Assembly (NCBI GenBank): GCA_973895155.1
Contig: OZ316892.1
Span: 16,234,357-16,298,356 of the forward strand
Direction: 5' to 3'
Length of the DNA stretch: 64,000 nucleotides
Source: Marsupella aquatica
Lineage: Eukaryota; Plantae; Marchantiophyta
The notes under the pieces are model-generated. The model saw nothing but the letters and a program-made list of their open reading frames with translations, was not told where the DNA came from and ran no database searches. Position 1 is the first letter of the stretch. Each line of letters begins with the position of its first letter. Positions 13,187 to 26,400 of this stretch are shown here, in pieces. The position numbers and the translations under genes were made by a program.

Positions 13187-13544
13187 TGTGACACCGCCGG
13201 TACGGCGGTTAATGAGTGATTCAGTCTAACTGCGCTCGGCACGCGCATTAGGTGGGTCTTAGGCCGCTATTATTAGCATAACGACAGTATTTAGGTAATC
13301 ATTAGGGGTAGGACATCATTAGGCAATAAGGGGGACTTCAGGTTCGGGCTAGCGGCGGGTCGCTATTCGCACACCCGGGTTACGCGCGTGGAGGGGCCCC
13401 TCCCTCGGGTCCGTATAACGAACTTAAGGAAGCGGCCACTGACGCACGCTGACTCAGACCGGCGGAGTGGCCGGTACACCACAAGCGTGAGCGGTTCAAC
13501 CTATGGGCGTCGAGGAGACGTTGGGGATCGACAAGCCCTCAAAG

Positions 13545-13552
13545 TATAAAAG
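13545..13552 (+). promoter_or_regulatory. Putative TATA box of the X ORF
   Basis: TATAAAAG about 108 bp upstream of ATG 13653, conserved in X2 (CTTTTATA at 61078-61085). Confidence 0.5.
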
Positions 13553-13652
13553 GGGAGCCAACCCTTTGTAGTGCACCAGTCCATCAGTCCGCGCGCCAAC
13601 TTCGACCCCAGCTCTCTCGTTCTCTCTAGGTCGCCACTACTATCTCCTCTGA

Positions 13653-16295
13653 ATGTCGCACACGATCCTCTCCAGCTCGGCCATTCGATTCTGGACGCAG
13701 TTCCTATCTACCGGAAGGCACTTGGCCGATTCATTGAAACACGCCAACCCGCGCCGATACGAGATCGAACGCGAATACGAGAGAGCCATCCGCCTAGCAG
13801 GACGACACCACTACGTCCTTAACTTTGACTACCCGTCTCAGAGCGAGCTTTACCGACCAGCTGAGGTATCTGGGTACTTCTTCAACGGAGACAAATATAT
13901 CGGGTTCTGGGAAGCATTGCTTCGGCTTCCGGACGAGGTCTTCAATATCCCGGGTACAATTGACCTGCAACAACATCACTTCGACCACATCCCTGCCCAG
14001 GTTCGGGCTGTCATTAACGGCGAGTCCAGTACCAACCGTTCGACAAGGGCGTCTGCACTCGCTTCGGAGAACTTCTACCAGCACCTACAGAGCTTCATGG
14101 GAACTCGGCCATCAACCAACATGACCAACTCAGCCGGACCCGTACCCGTACCCGTACCCGTGCCCATGCAACCTCAGCTTCAGCTTCAGCCTCAGCCGCG
14201 GCCTAGCCAAACCCCACCACCTATCACCCAGCCAACACAGGTACGCTCCGTCATCAACGCTGTGGATCTTAGCGATGACGACGAGGCTACCCCACCCTTG
14301 ACCAGGCGGCCCAGAGGAACAAGCGCTCGGGGGGCCGACACTATATCATCCCCACCCCCTGCTCTGACCCCAGGAGCGGCCCCAGCAGACAACATGGTGA
14401 CCGTGGCCGCCCCGGGCCCGTTACCAACCGCAGTGGCACTCCCCAGGCCCGATCGGGAGGATGGGGAAGTATCACCTTCCCCGAGTCAGTCACGGGGAAA
14501 GAAGAGGAAGGAATCCGCCAGTGCATTCGGGTTACCGTTGGCCACGGTAGCCGTAGCCAAGGTAATGATGCATCGCATGGGGGAAAACGTTCACAGCAAC
14601 ATCCTCCATCCCAAGCATGCGGTGTACCTGAAGACTCAGGGATTTGAGCACCTCGCCTCTCTCCCCTGGAACACTTGCAGGTACTACGGGGAGGACATGA
14701 CAGAATTCGTCAAGAATTATGACGACGTACGTCAACAGACTTGGCTGCGGGGAAGGAATATGTCCCTCACAGAAGAACGGCTCAAGATGATCTTCGGGTT
14801 ACCCGAAGGTGACCATCGAGTCGAATCACGGGCTCCCGGGGGCAAGGGGGCCAAGTACCAATCTTCAAGTTTTCCCTTAGAGGGATCAGTGGACAACGGG
14901 TTCGTGATGAGGACCTGCCTCATGCCCGAGATAGTTGAGCGGCTGGAGTTCCAGAGGTACGCTCTCCACATGATGGAACCCCGGGGGGAGATCTCCGCCG
15001 CCCAGGTCATCCAGGTCGAGAACTATCGACCTAGGAAATGGGCGTCGTACTTCGCTAAGAAATTCCATGAAGAGATGGAGCGGCGAAGGAAGACGCTGTA
15101 CATTGGCGGGAAAGCGTATTTCGCTAGCCACATCGAAATCATTCTTGAGTGGTACGCCCGGTTTGATCGACGAACCCTTCCCCGCATCAACGTTACAAAG
15201 CTGGTCCCAGCTAGGTGGGTTTTTCCGGCATTGGAGAGACGGCCCCAACCCGAGGCCCGAAGTCCAGTGGACACGCCAGCTTCACCCACCCCACCTCCAC
15301 AAATAGCTATAATCGTAACCGAGGAGGCGCCGGAGGGGTCGGTCATCGCAACCGTTGATGCGACCCAACTAGCCGGGCTAAGTACAGAAGTTGGTACGGC
15401 AGAGGTCTTACCCGAACCCGGGTCTCCCAAGGACCCGCCGGTGGCAATTCCGGAGGACCGGACATCGCTGCAGGAGGACACTCCAGCCCCTTCCAACGTT
15501 ATGTCCCCAGGGCTGGACGTCACTGCCCCGGCCCCTGCGCGTGTTGATGTCTGCCCGTGCCCAAATCCGGACAGGCACAACTTGGACCACCCGGAACTCT
15601 TCGTACAGGGTACGTTTCTGAACGGGCTTCTGGGAGATTTCTCTCATCAAATTGCCCGGGATACCGGGGAGTTCATGGCCCGGAAGGTAGCCTGTTTCTT
15701 CAATCAGGAGTTGGTTGCCGCTGTAAAGGCAGGTCGGGCCTAGTCGGAGGCCCTTCAGAGGATAGAGCGGTACCGGGTGGAGTCCGTGTACCTAAAGAAC
15801 GAAGTGGCAGCTCAAGAGGCTGAGCTTCTGCAACTACGACCCAAGGTTGCAGCCGCCGATGAGTTGTTAGCAAAGGCGTACGCTCTTACCGCCCTAGCCG
15901 AACAGGCCAAAGCTGGGAACGAGGCCGAGATTACACGACTCCGAAACCAGATTGACAGTTTGAAGAAACAAGCTGTCACCTGGCAGAAAGACCTGGAGGA
16001 GGCCGAGGAGCGAGCCCAGCGGGATGCGACGGAGATAGCCACGCTGCAGGCCGAGATGGCGCGGCTCCAAACCGAGGCCGAGAAGCAGGACCAGCTGGCG
16101 AGTAAACTGACGAGCGACGCCCAGCAGCTGGAGGAGGCATGTCAGGAGGCAGCAGAGGAGACGGACGCGGCAAGGCGAGAGAATGAATCTCTGCTGGACC
16201 AGGTCCAGCTCCTCAAAGCGGACAATGACAAGCTTCGAAGGCAGCGGGATGGCCGTTCCCATTCGGGCGGCTCTGGCAAGCGTGCCAGGCATTAG
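13653..16295 (+). pseudogene. X ORF (~880 aa): N-terminal domain, Pro-rich linker, conserved FGLP-motif domain, Pro-rich linker, coiled coil; single premature stop
   Basis: The 696-aa and 172-aa ORFs are in frame and separated by TAG at 15741-15743, where copy 2 has CAG (RAQSEALQRIER). Confidence 0.85.
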
Positions 16296-19200
16296 CGGCG
16301 GAGTAGGAATAGATTAGGATTAGGATTGGCTTAGTCAGGCTCTTGGGACAGGCACCTGCCTTAGGTACAGCAGCGCTGCCCTGCTGTCCAGCCTGCGTAG
16401 ATTAGGATCTTCTAATAAGACACAGCCATTTTCCGGCCTGACTGTCAGCTTAGTTAGGACCTTGGTCAGCGGATCTTCGGCGGGAGGACGCCCCGTTCCT
16501 CGGCTCTTAGTATTTAGTGCACCCCTCGGTAGAGGCAAGGGGGGGGTTTTTAGTTTCAGAGTCGGACATCTGCGGGACATGCGGGGAGTCCCGACCTCTG
16601 GGAATGACAGAGTACCAAGGGGAGGGGGTAGGACTAAGCTCGCCGGGCGAGTGCGGAGCCGGGCTCCGTTGTAGTGTGCACCCTTGGCCTTGAACCTGTG
16701 CATTCCAGGGCTGTCGTGTCAACTAAGTGTACGCATATGTTCCCTTTGTAGTAAAATCCTTTCCCATCATTTTTCCTTCGTGTAAATCGAGATTGTATGC
16801 ATGTGTGCGCATATGTGTGTGGGTTTCTCGTATATGGGTGGCAGCGCCGGGCCGAACGCACTACCCGAGACGTGCACAGGGTGCAGCCTGCGGGTAAGTG
16901 GTTGCGAGCACGGGTTGAGGACCTGTATCATCGAATCCGGATCGAAGGCGGACAGCATGAAGGCTTAGAAGCCCTTAAGCCGGGGTCGATCCTGCTATCG
17001 ACTAAGGTACGTTCCGGCGGCGGAACACAAACCATACCTAGGAGGTGTCCGTATTTAGCAGTATGCGCACTTAGCGCTAGTTTACGAGAATAAGGTGCAT
17101 TACGTGCTTCCCTTCCTGCCCGAACCCTCAGATTTACGAGGGATGTGCCCGTCTAAGCTGAAGTCTGAGTTAAGGCCGAAGCCTACGACGTGACATTGGG
17201 TCTGATTTCTCTTCTGGTGCTCTAGCCTGCAGGGGAAGAATCGGGGCAAAGATTTGACTTTGGGCATACCAACATAACAACGGCATGTGATAACCAAGCG
17301 GGATACGCTTCCTTGGCTAATCACAAGCTGTTCCTCCTTTAATATCTTTTTGAGTTGGTTGAGGAGGTACCCATTGTAATCCCGGCTTGGGTCTGGCCTT
17401 CCTCATTGCTCCTCAATACAACCAGATTAGCCATAAAAAGTTTTGTATTCCCTCTCTCCCCCTTCACTATAGGTCCTGCGAGCCTCACGTGCATTAGCAC
17501 CGGATCATGATCTGATAGCGCAGAGCCACCCTCATGTATGAGCTCAACAAGTTCTCCTATCCACCATCCTTTCTCACTTATATAAAAATGGTCCAGCCTT
17601 GACTGCACCAATGCCCAGCTCCTAAACCATCTCCATGTGAAATGGGGGCTAGTAGCAGCTCCTTTGATGTCCCAGGCATCCACCATATCCAGCCACATTT
17701 TAAGAAATCTCCAGAACTCCGCCTCTCTTCCTCGTATCAATGGCAAATTACCCATAGAGTCTGACCTGCGCTCTGTCATGTTGAAGTCCCCGCACACAAT
17801 CCAATCGTTTAATGGGAGCATCGTCTTGAGGTCATTCCAGAGCAGTGCTCTTAGTCTAGAAGAGTTGGGGGCATAAACACATGCAATACCAATCTTCCTA
17901 GCTTTTGTGTCCACCACCGCCCACACAGCGCGCCCTAAGTCAAGGGTTCCTGATCCAACCACCTTAAGCTCCGGGTGGACCAAAAGAGTAGTTCCCCCGC
18001 GGCCCTCATCTGGCGCAAAAGAGAAGTGTTGGTAGTCAGGCAATATTTCTCTCAACGCCATGTCTAAGCACTGGTCAGTTTTAACTTCCTGTAATGCAAG
18101 AATATTTAATGGTGTCTTCAATGATTTCACCCAGTTCTTGACCACATGCTTGCGATTAGGCTCACAAAGGCCACAAACATTAATATTCCACAATGCCAGC
18201 CTAAAAGGATCTCCCATCTCCTACTTATACAGTGTAATTGCATAGCAGGGTCTCCTAGCCCCCAGTAATGGCGCTCTTAGAGCCGGTTGCGTCCACCTGG
18301 AGACAAACCAGTAAAGGCTTGGCAGCTCGTCGGTCCACTCATGTATCCAGTGGGTGAGTCACGTCTAGGAGAGTCATTCCCAGCCGTACTCAAGCAGATC
18401 GGTGCAAGCACTGGGCCAGCAGTCCTCCTCAGGTCCGCCCGCGGGGTTCCTCACCATCCTTGGACCTTCTTCACAGATTCTCTCCTGCATCAGACAAGAA
18501 TCCTTGTGAGAAATTGAGTGATCTTTGCTTCTTAGCCTCACCTTTGCTTTTCTCCGACCTATCAGTTGGGGGGGTGCGTAGCTCCTGTTTGCGTGCTCGG
18601 GCCTTGAACTTGCTGTGAGCAATATATTCTTCATACTCTAACATCTCTGCATCAGAACCCTCGTGGAATGAAAATCTCTCATCCTCCCCCAACTCCCTGG
18701 TGGAAATTGGAGGCAAGCCGCACTCAATCTAGCTGGTGCCCCAAGGAGAATAACAGTCGGCCCAAAGCTTTGTGCCAGGGGGTCAAGAGGTGGACCCGGG
18801 CCAGAGGGGGGTTTGATCATCATAACTGGAGGGAGAATCTGTGAGTGAGGGATCCCACCAACATCAATAGGCTGGGTCACAACTCTCCAAGGCATGTGCT
18901 CCACCTCCTTCTGGCCCCCAAAGCAGGGTCGTTGTGTCCCGAATGCATTTGCACAGGAGGTGGTATTTCTTCCCTCAGGGAAATAGGATTCCGAATAAGG
19001 CCCTCTGTTTGAGCAATGTCAGCAACCACCAGCATGGGAATAGGCACGGGGATAGGTTGAGATGAGGCAACATCTGCTGCAACAGGCAAAGATGGGGCAG
19101 CAGCCGCTGCACAAAAAGAGCCCTCGCCTCAACATTGGCCGCAGCTTTGCTTACCTCCTCCGGATCCGCCTCAGAATGGCATTCATCATCCTTCTCATCC

Positions 19201-21017
19201 GACGTATACCCCCCATCGCCACCTTCTTGAGGTTTGTGACCCAAACCAGGCTCCTCTATATAGTTGCATGCCAGATGTCCTTTTTGGTTGCATTTATAGC
19301 AGTGGTAAGGGATATTGTTAAAACGTCACTGGTTGCCAGATCACTATGTCATCTCTAATTTGGATTCTCACACTAGAAGGCACTTCTCTATCAGTGTCCC
19401 ACAGGATGCAAGCTCTATCGTGTGGGTACGAGCTGAATTGGTCTCCCTGGATGTAGTAGAGCAAGGTTCCCAACGTACTGGCTATCTTCCTCCTACAACC
19501 TTCCAATGCAAGAGCACTAAAAGGAATCTCAATCCATACTGGTAGTTTGGTGAAGTTCTCACTTTTAACATCAAATGCAAGATCCCAGGGGAATGTGTAT
19601 ACATACCAAGTAACGCTCCATAAACCAAGGTGCGTAGTTGAATGCAAGATCACGATGGTCAGGATTTTCAAAGACTATCATGTAGAAATTCTTCCCTACA
19701 AATTTGATCTGTAGGATTGGCCAATTCTCTCTGTTCATCATCACCTCTTCCACCCAATTTCTGAAGATAGATAGAAGCAGTGCTCTCTCAGTGAAGTAGC
19801 ACAACATCACAGAGTTATACAATTGCCTCACGTTCCTAGTTGCTTCTGGAAAGTTCCATTCCAGGTCTACATACAATTTTTTGTCCAGATTTCCTTTAGA
19901 TCTAAGCGCAATGCCTCTCAAAATCCTGATACACTCCTCTGATTCTTCCTCCGCCAAGAATGGGTCCCGTGCACCACCGCCAGCCTGCCGTGGATCCCCT
20001 CCATTTGCTTTCACCCGGCCACCTTCAGAGTTTTCAACCTCCGTGTGCAACAAAGCATCTCTCAATGTTAGAGGGGTTTCCACATCCACGTCCATAGCTG
20101 ATTCAGCAGGCGCAGGGGGGAGAGGCTGTTCCTCGCTCCATCTCGTGTATGGACCAGTAGGATTTGGTTCCATTCTCCCGGAGCGCGCATCCTGGACCGA
20201 GTAAGCAACCGCAAGGCCCTGGCCCCTATCAGCCGCAGTAGTATCCACCTCATCATGCCTCCTACGATCCTCTCCCATTTTAAACCCAGCCTCCGTGGTC
20301 TTAGGCAGCCCGGCATTTGAGCTCAAGAATCTACCCCCATCTGGGCGCCCACTGCAAGTGAGCCGTCAACCAGAAGAAGGTTCCATAATAATCAAGCCCA
20401 GGTTCCCCCATATTCTAATATGTTTCCTCTACTTTTGCATAAGCGTGGTCCAATTTATACAATCAAAGGCATCTAGGAATGCTCCAAGCTTACCTGACAA
20501 CGAGCTCCTGTCCTCATTCACCACCCCACGCAACCCCACATTGCGTAGTGCCACATTGCGCAGGTCAAGAAAATCACAGTGAGCTCCTTCCCGTTCCCAA
20601 AGTAGATACAGTCTAGTGCTTGGGTTCCAACTTCAATCTCCCCCCTCCAGTACAGATTCACTCGATCCACATTCATGGTACTGCAAACAGTCAATTCAAT
20701 ACCTTGTGTTTGGAGGGTGAGAGCTGAGGAGAGCTAGGAAGAGCGGAGAGAGCGGACAGAACCTTTTCTCTTCATTTTTGACCAAGGCTCCCATCGTTCG
20801 TCACAGATTACAATACACTTAAGATTTTTTGCAATGGTCACCGATGGGAAGATGGAATTGCTCTGGCTCACAGCTTTATTTTGAATCTTTATAAGCGCTG
20901 TTTGAGTTGGCGACGACTAAGTTCTGATCTCGAAGCATTGTTAGGATCTACTCGACCTAGACACTACCGATTTGTAATCTCCCTGTGAGCACACTCAACT
21001 TTACGGCGGCTCTATTC

Positions 21018-23280
21018 TTTCCAGCAAAGCATTGCATAATGGACAACTCTTCTCATTACGGTTCTGGTATGCAAAATCGCTCTTTTGCTGGTCGCGGACC
21101 AGGTAGATTCTACAATTCCTCCTCCGGTCGCGGATTTGGACGAGACTCACACAACGATTCATGGAGGAATGATACTGGACGTTGGGTTAGAAATGGAGAT
21201 GATTTAACCCGGCCTGGGCTCGAAAAGGAACCCAACCGCTTCTCTATGTAGGATGCACGTGGAGGACCGAAGGTTGCCCCTTACGATCTATTTGACAACT
21301 CTAGAGTTCAAGCTGAAAAAGCACCACCGGAACAGTCGAAGAAGTATTCACGCTACATTCCGTGCAACGGCCCATTGTGGGCGGAACAAATGGAAGAAGA
21401 AACAATAGCGCAGGCAGGACAAACACTGGCCTCTTCTCCTCGTGGCTTGAGGACCTCTGACTATGCTGGAGACTTGAATCATCCCGATCCCCTCATCCGC
21501 AATTACAGTCATTTGAACAGGTCGTCTGGAAGAGATCAATGAGAAGATTTGGGATCCCAACATGATCACCTACCGATGCAATGGCAAGCAAATGCAGAGG
21601 CGCGCGGAGGTGACGATCACTCTGAAGGCTCCCACGAGACTTGCCGGGACATCCTCAAGACTATTGCAGACAACTCCACGAAAGATTGGCCTAACAAACT
21701 CCACACCACCATCCAGTGGTCATTCGAGGAAGCAGCACTCTCGGTTAGAGAGCTTTTTAACTGTACAATGATGTGTTTCTTCACTGGCCGCGCTCCTCTT
21801 CTTCCTGCTTTTCGTGACTGGGTAGAAGGGGTCTTTATCAAGGATATGAGTTGGCCAGTCACTCAAATCAAATTTGTTGGGAAAAATTTCTACATGATTT
21901 CCTTTGAGCACCCAGAACACATAGACGCGGCCTTGGAACTCGCTCCACTTTTTATGGACCAAAAATTTGTTCATACATTCCCTTGGGAACCATCCTTTGA
22001 TGTGCGAAGCGATTCTTACACCAAGCTGCCTGTGTGGATTGAACTCCCCTTTCGTGCTCTGGTTCTCGAAGGATGTCAGAAAATGATCGCGGAATCCTTT
22101 GGCAAGCTTCTATTTTACATTCAAGGTGATGTTCGCAGCTCTTTCCCACACAACCGTGCCTGCATTCTTTGGGATACCAGTCGGGAAGTCCCTCGCAACG
22201 TTGGAATTCAGATTACGGATGACATCACTATCTGGTAGCCAGTCGTGTTCAAAAATATCCCCTATCATTGCTTCCGATGCAACGAAAAGGGTCATCTAGC
22301 TAGAACCTGCAGAGCTTTCGAAGAAGAAGAGAAGAAAGATACAGAATCGATCAAAACCAACAAGGAGGAGGAGGCACCAATTCCCACTGGTCCTGATGCT
22401 GCACCCGAATCTCCAAACCTGCGCACAGAAGGCTCTGCAGATCCACAAGGACAAATTCACCCGGAGGTTGACACGTTACACCAATCTACGGCTGCAAACA
22501 CTGCACTTGGGACTAATCCGGTCCTTTCTACTCCTGCAACTGCAGAGGCTGCTACCACGGACTTTGGATTGCATGAATTGAATCCGCGTTAGGAAGCTAA
22601 CGGCGCTAGACACTTGACCCCGCAGACACATGCTATTTCCTCACCAGCGGTATCTTTGAGAAGTGAGCTGTCCCCCAGCCTTGATACTCATAATGTGGAA
22701 GACATCACATCTCCTCCCCTCACCAATGCGCCGCTGAATTCCACTAAGCTTGTTGAAGACCACGGCCTCCCACCGCTCAGAGACAATATTCTCTTCCAGG
22801 AACAACCAACTTCGGCAGAATACGCAGACCCCGAGCTTAGACCGAATCAAGAGACACTTGAAGTTGTGCCGCCAGGTCCACACCTGGCGCTGGAGCTGCA
22901 GTCCACTGATCTTCCCCTGATTGCTAATTCAAACCCGCTTTTCCAAGATTTTGAGATGCACACAAATGATCACCAATTTACCCGGGCGGCAAGCGGAGAT
23001 GAGAATATATCAAATCTTGGAGGTTTGATGTAGAAATATCAGAATATGAAGAATACATCTCCAAGAGCCAACTCAAGAAAGAGCGTGCCAGGAAGCTGGA
23101 GCTGCGAACACCCCCGTCAGATCAGAAGAAGAAAAAAGACAAGAAGGCTGACACAAAGAAAGGAAGATCAATTCAATTCCCTTCTCAGGGTGTGCCGCAA
23201 CCTGGTGCACAGGTTTGCACGCGCTCGAACTCTCATCTCCAGTAAATGCCCCTTGTTCAATTGAGGGGAATTTGAGGGGA
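21018..23280 (+). pseudogene. LINE-2 ORF1 (DUF4283-like domain plus CCHC zinc knuckle)
   Basis: ORF pieces 20985-21251, 21549-22238, 22245-22592 and 22614-23033, broken by stops. Confidence 0.75.
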
Positions 23281-23400
23281 ATTTGACTGGTCTGAGTATC
23301 TTAGGGCCTCATGCTTCTCCTCCCTCTTTTTGAGGTACCTAGCACCTCGTTTTGAAAGCTTCTGAATTTTTCTTTTTTTGCGAAAGATAGGTAGCTGAAG

Positions 23401-26400
23401 ATGAGCACGAAAATACACATCGGTTCCTGGAATGTTTGTGGCTTATGCGACGCCAATAGGAAACACATCGTTAAGAATTGGATCGCTTTGCTCAAAATTC
23501 CGCTGACAGCCTTAGCACTACAAGAAGTCAAAGTTGACAGGTTCCGCATGGACATTGCTCTACGAACAATCCTCCCAAGTTTCCAATACTTTTCGGCTGA
23601 CTCTGATGAAGGAAGGGGTGGCACTTCTCTCTTGATTCACTCTTCCTTCACTATCATTCAATCGGGAATTATTGACAAAGGGCGGGCAGTCTGGGTCAGA
23701 ATCTCTCACTCGGAAGGCAATTTTGGGCTTGTCAGCCTTTATGCTCCTAACTCCCCTAGAGAAAGAGCTATCCTATGGCATGATCTAAAGACCATTCTTC
23801 CACATGACAACTGGATAATCTGTGGAGACTTCAATATGACAGAAAGCAGAACTGATTCTTCCGGACCTTCACCACTGATCAAAGGACGTGAAGCCAAATT
23901 CTGGAGATTCTTGAGAATGAGATTTGACTTAGAAGATGCGGCAAAAATCACACAGGAGCTGAGGGGAGCCAAATTCACTTGGAGACGGATAATAAATGGG
24001 AATTTAGTTCAATCACGACTTGACAGGTTGTACATCAGCGGACGAAGCTGGTGGTTGGGAGCTGTCGAAGACCTTCTTCATGATGGAGGCTCGGCCCTCT
24101 CTGATCATGATCCAATCTTAATGCGGTTTCAACTTGCACCCCCGATACCTGCCCGAGAATTTTCTAGGAAAACCTCTTATTTCAAAGCAACTGCTGGGCT
24201 CCTCAAAGTTGGTGGATTCATCGACAAACTGTCTACAGCTAGCTTGGAGTGACAGTGATACCATTGTCAATGATCCACATCTTCGCTTTCATTTAGCAAG
24301 CATACGTCTGAGAAGTAAATATAAGGAAATTCAGCGATCTCCCGTCGACCGAGAGGTTGAGGTTAACATTCTTAGGGGGAAACTTTGTATGCTGAAATCT
24401 GCCCTTATTAACACTTTTACGGACTCAGATCTCATTGATTACACTACTATTGAGGACCAAGTTTGTGTTGCCGAACACGAAGAAGCACAACTAGGAAGGC
24501 GACTCTCACGGATCAAATGGCTCGGGGGACGAACCTTCTAAATTCTACTTTGCCGCCATCAAGGCCAAAAGACAAAGAGAAACCATGTCCATGCTCTTGC
24601 TTGATAAGGGAGACTCGATTTCCAGGGAAGACCTGATTCTATCTGAGGTTGAGAAGCAATGCTCTCTTCTCTACGAAGCACCCGAGGATCTAATCCGTAG
24701 TGAATCTCTGGAGGTTAGGGAAGCGCGACGCATACTGTTTGCAAACACAGGCAAGGCTCTCACAGCGGCTGAGATTTTTAAACTCGAAGCGCCACCGACG
24801 ATGGAAGAAATTTGCAGCACCCTATGGTTACTTCCGGCTGATAAAGCTCCTGGCCCCGATGGGCTCACTGCAGAGGTTTTCAAAGCATGTTGGAACTTCC
24901 TAAAGGAAGACTTGCTTGCAATGATCCTTGATTTTTGGAGAACAGGTAACTTATCGGCCAGCATGAAAGAAGGAGTAATCAAGTTGATCCCGAAGAAACC
25001 AGACAAAAGACGATTGAAAGATTGGCGCCACCTGACCATGCTCAACACCGTCTACACAATTGTGGCAAAACTCTTGGCGCTTAGGCTCAAACCTCTCTTA
25101 CATAAAATTATCAATCCTCAACAAACTGGCTTTATACCGGGCCGTCACATTTTAGAAAATATTTCTATTGCTTGGCTGACCACCGACTGGGTCGGCCATG
25201 AGAAATATAGTGCACTTTTTCTTCTGTTAGACTTTGAAAAAGCCTTTGATCGAGTCAGCCACTCCTATATCTGGGAATCTATGCACCTGCTTGGACTAGG
25301 CAGCCACTTCATTTATCTAGTTTGCTCGCTTCTCACTGGGGCGTGCTCCAAGGTTCACTTGAATGGCATGTTTTCAAGGGACATTAGCATGCTCCGGGGG
25401 GTTTGGCAGGGATGCCCTCTCTCCCCCTTGCTCTTTGTGATTGCAACTCAACCTCTTATGGATCATCTGGACAATGAGATACGACGAGGAGGCTTCAGAG
25501 GCATACAAATATCAGACGCATTGACGATCTCCTATCGTATGTTTGCCGACGACTTGGGCATGGTAATACCTGCAACCGAAGATGACTTCAAAGGGGCGAC
25601 TGATGCTCTTGCCTGTTATGAATTGGCTTCCGGTGCCAAGCTAAATCTGAAGAAGTCGACTGTGATTCCTCTCGCAATGGAAGAGATCCCTGATTGGCTC
25701 ACCAACACTGGATGCAAAATTAACCTCAAAGGGGAAATCCAGCGCTCCTCGGGGCCCCCTTGGGCTGGGGACTGAATCTCTCCCAACTGCATACCTTTTG
25801 CCTCGACAAACTCAGTGCAAGACTCTCTATTTGGGCTGCAAGATTTCTATCATTCACAGGATGTACAATTCTTGTTAAACACGTCTTACAGGCCATCCCA
25901 ATATATCACATGATGTTTCTACGCAGCTCCAAATCACTGGCTAAGATGATGGTGGCAATTTGCAGAGATTTCTTATGGGGATATAATGAGAAAGGTGGCA
26001 AGAATATACCCTTGGTAGCCTAGAACACATTGGCTCGTCCCCTAATTGACGGCGGTTTAGGCTTCAAAGATTTTCAAAGCCACTCAGAAGCTTTACTGTG
26101 CCAATGGTTCATCAGGGCACTTGATCTACAGAGTTCCGAGTGGTCGTTTTTTTTTGAGGAGAATCTCAAACTAGCCAAATGGAGGAATACTAAGCACATC
26201 AGGAGGAACAGATACTCACTCTCAGATCGCTTGCTACTTTGCTACCCACTTTCTTTTGGCTGTCTTCCCTACACTGGAAGTCTGTGGAAAGCGTGGGATT
26301 CGCTTCGCTCCCACCTTATTTTCTCCCCTGGAAATACTGTTGTGGCATGCTGGTGGAGCATTGAAGATGTTCTACGCTGCTTTGATAACTTTCAACACCT

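Larger units (their letters stand above)
13187..17195 (+). mobile_element. Family X element, copy 1: 4009-bp TG...CA element (solo-LTR-like) with an internal ~880-aa ORF
   Basis: Starts TGTGACAC and ends ACGTGACA. Perfect 5-bp TSD TTGGG at 13182-13186 and 17196-17200. Aligns end to end with the reverse complement of 57451-61444. Confidence 0.92.
10090..17399 (-). mobile_element. Family Y element, copy 1 (3' part; TG...CA-type, single ORF), interrupted by X1 and truncated at 17399
   Basis: CACTA TnpD stops at 10089 and TGTGGTG begins (CACCACA end on the minus strand). The Y ORF continues on both sides of X1: 17201-17399 matches 62593-62790, and 12000-13186 matches 62800-64000. The left boundary is uncertain by some tens of bp. 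Confidence 0.7.

Noticed and set aside
15741-15743. Programmed stop-codon readthrough in the X ORF
   Set aside because: Copy 2 has CAG at this position, so a simple C>T mutation explains it.
13794-16292. Numerous antisense and overlapping ORFs in X, Y and the LINEs
   Set aside because: Expected shadows of GC-rich coding sequence, with no independent motifs.
11267-16295. X and Y ORFs as a divergent two-gene cassette, with an internal deletion in copy 1
   Set aside because: X is an insertion into Y. The Y ORF resumes at 17201, and the insertion sites differ between the copies.
17286-17325. Apparent terminal hairpin ending in ATCACA
   Set aside because: It is Y coding sequence, homologous to 62668-62710, and not an element end.
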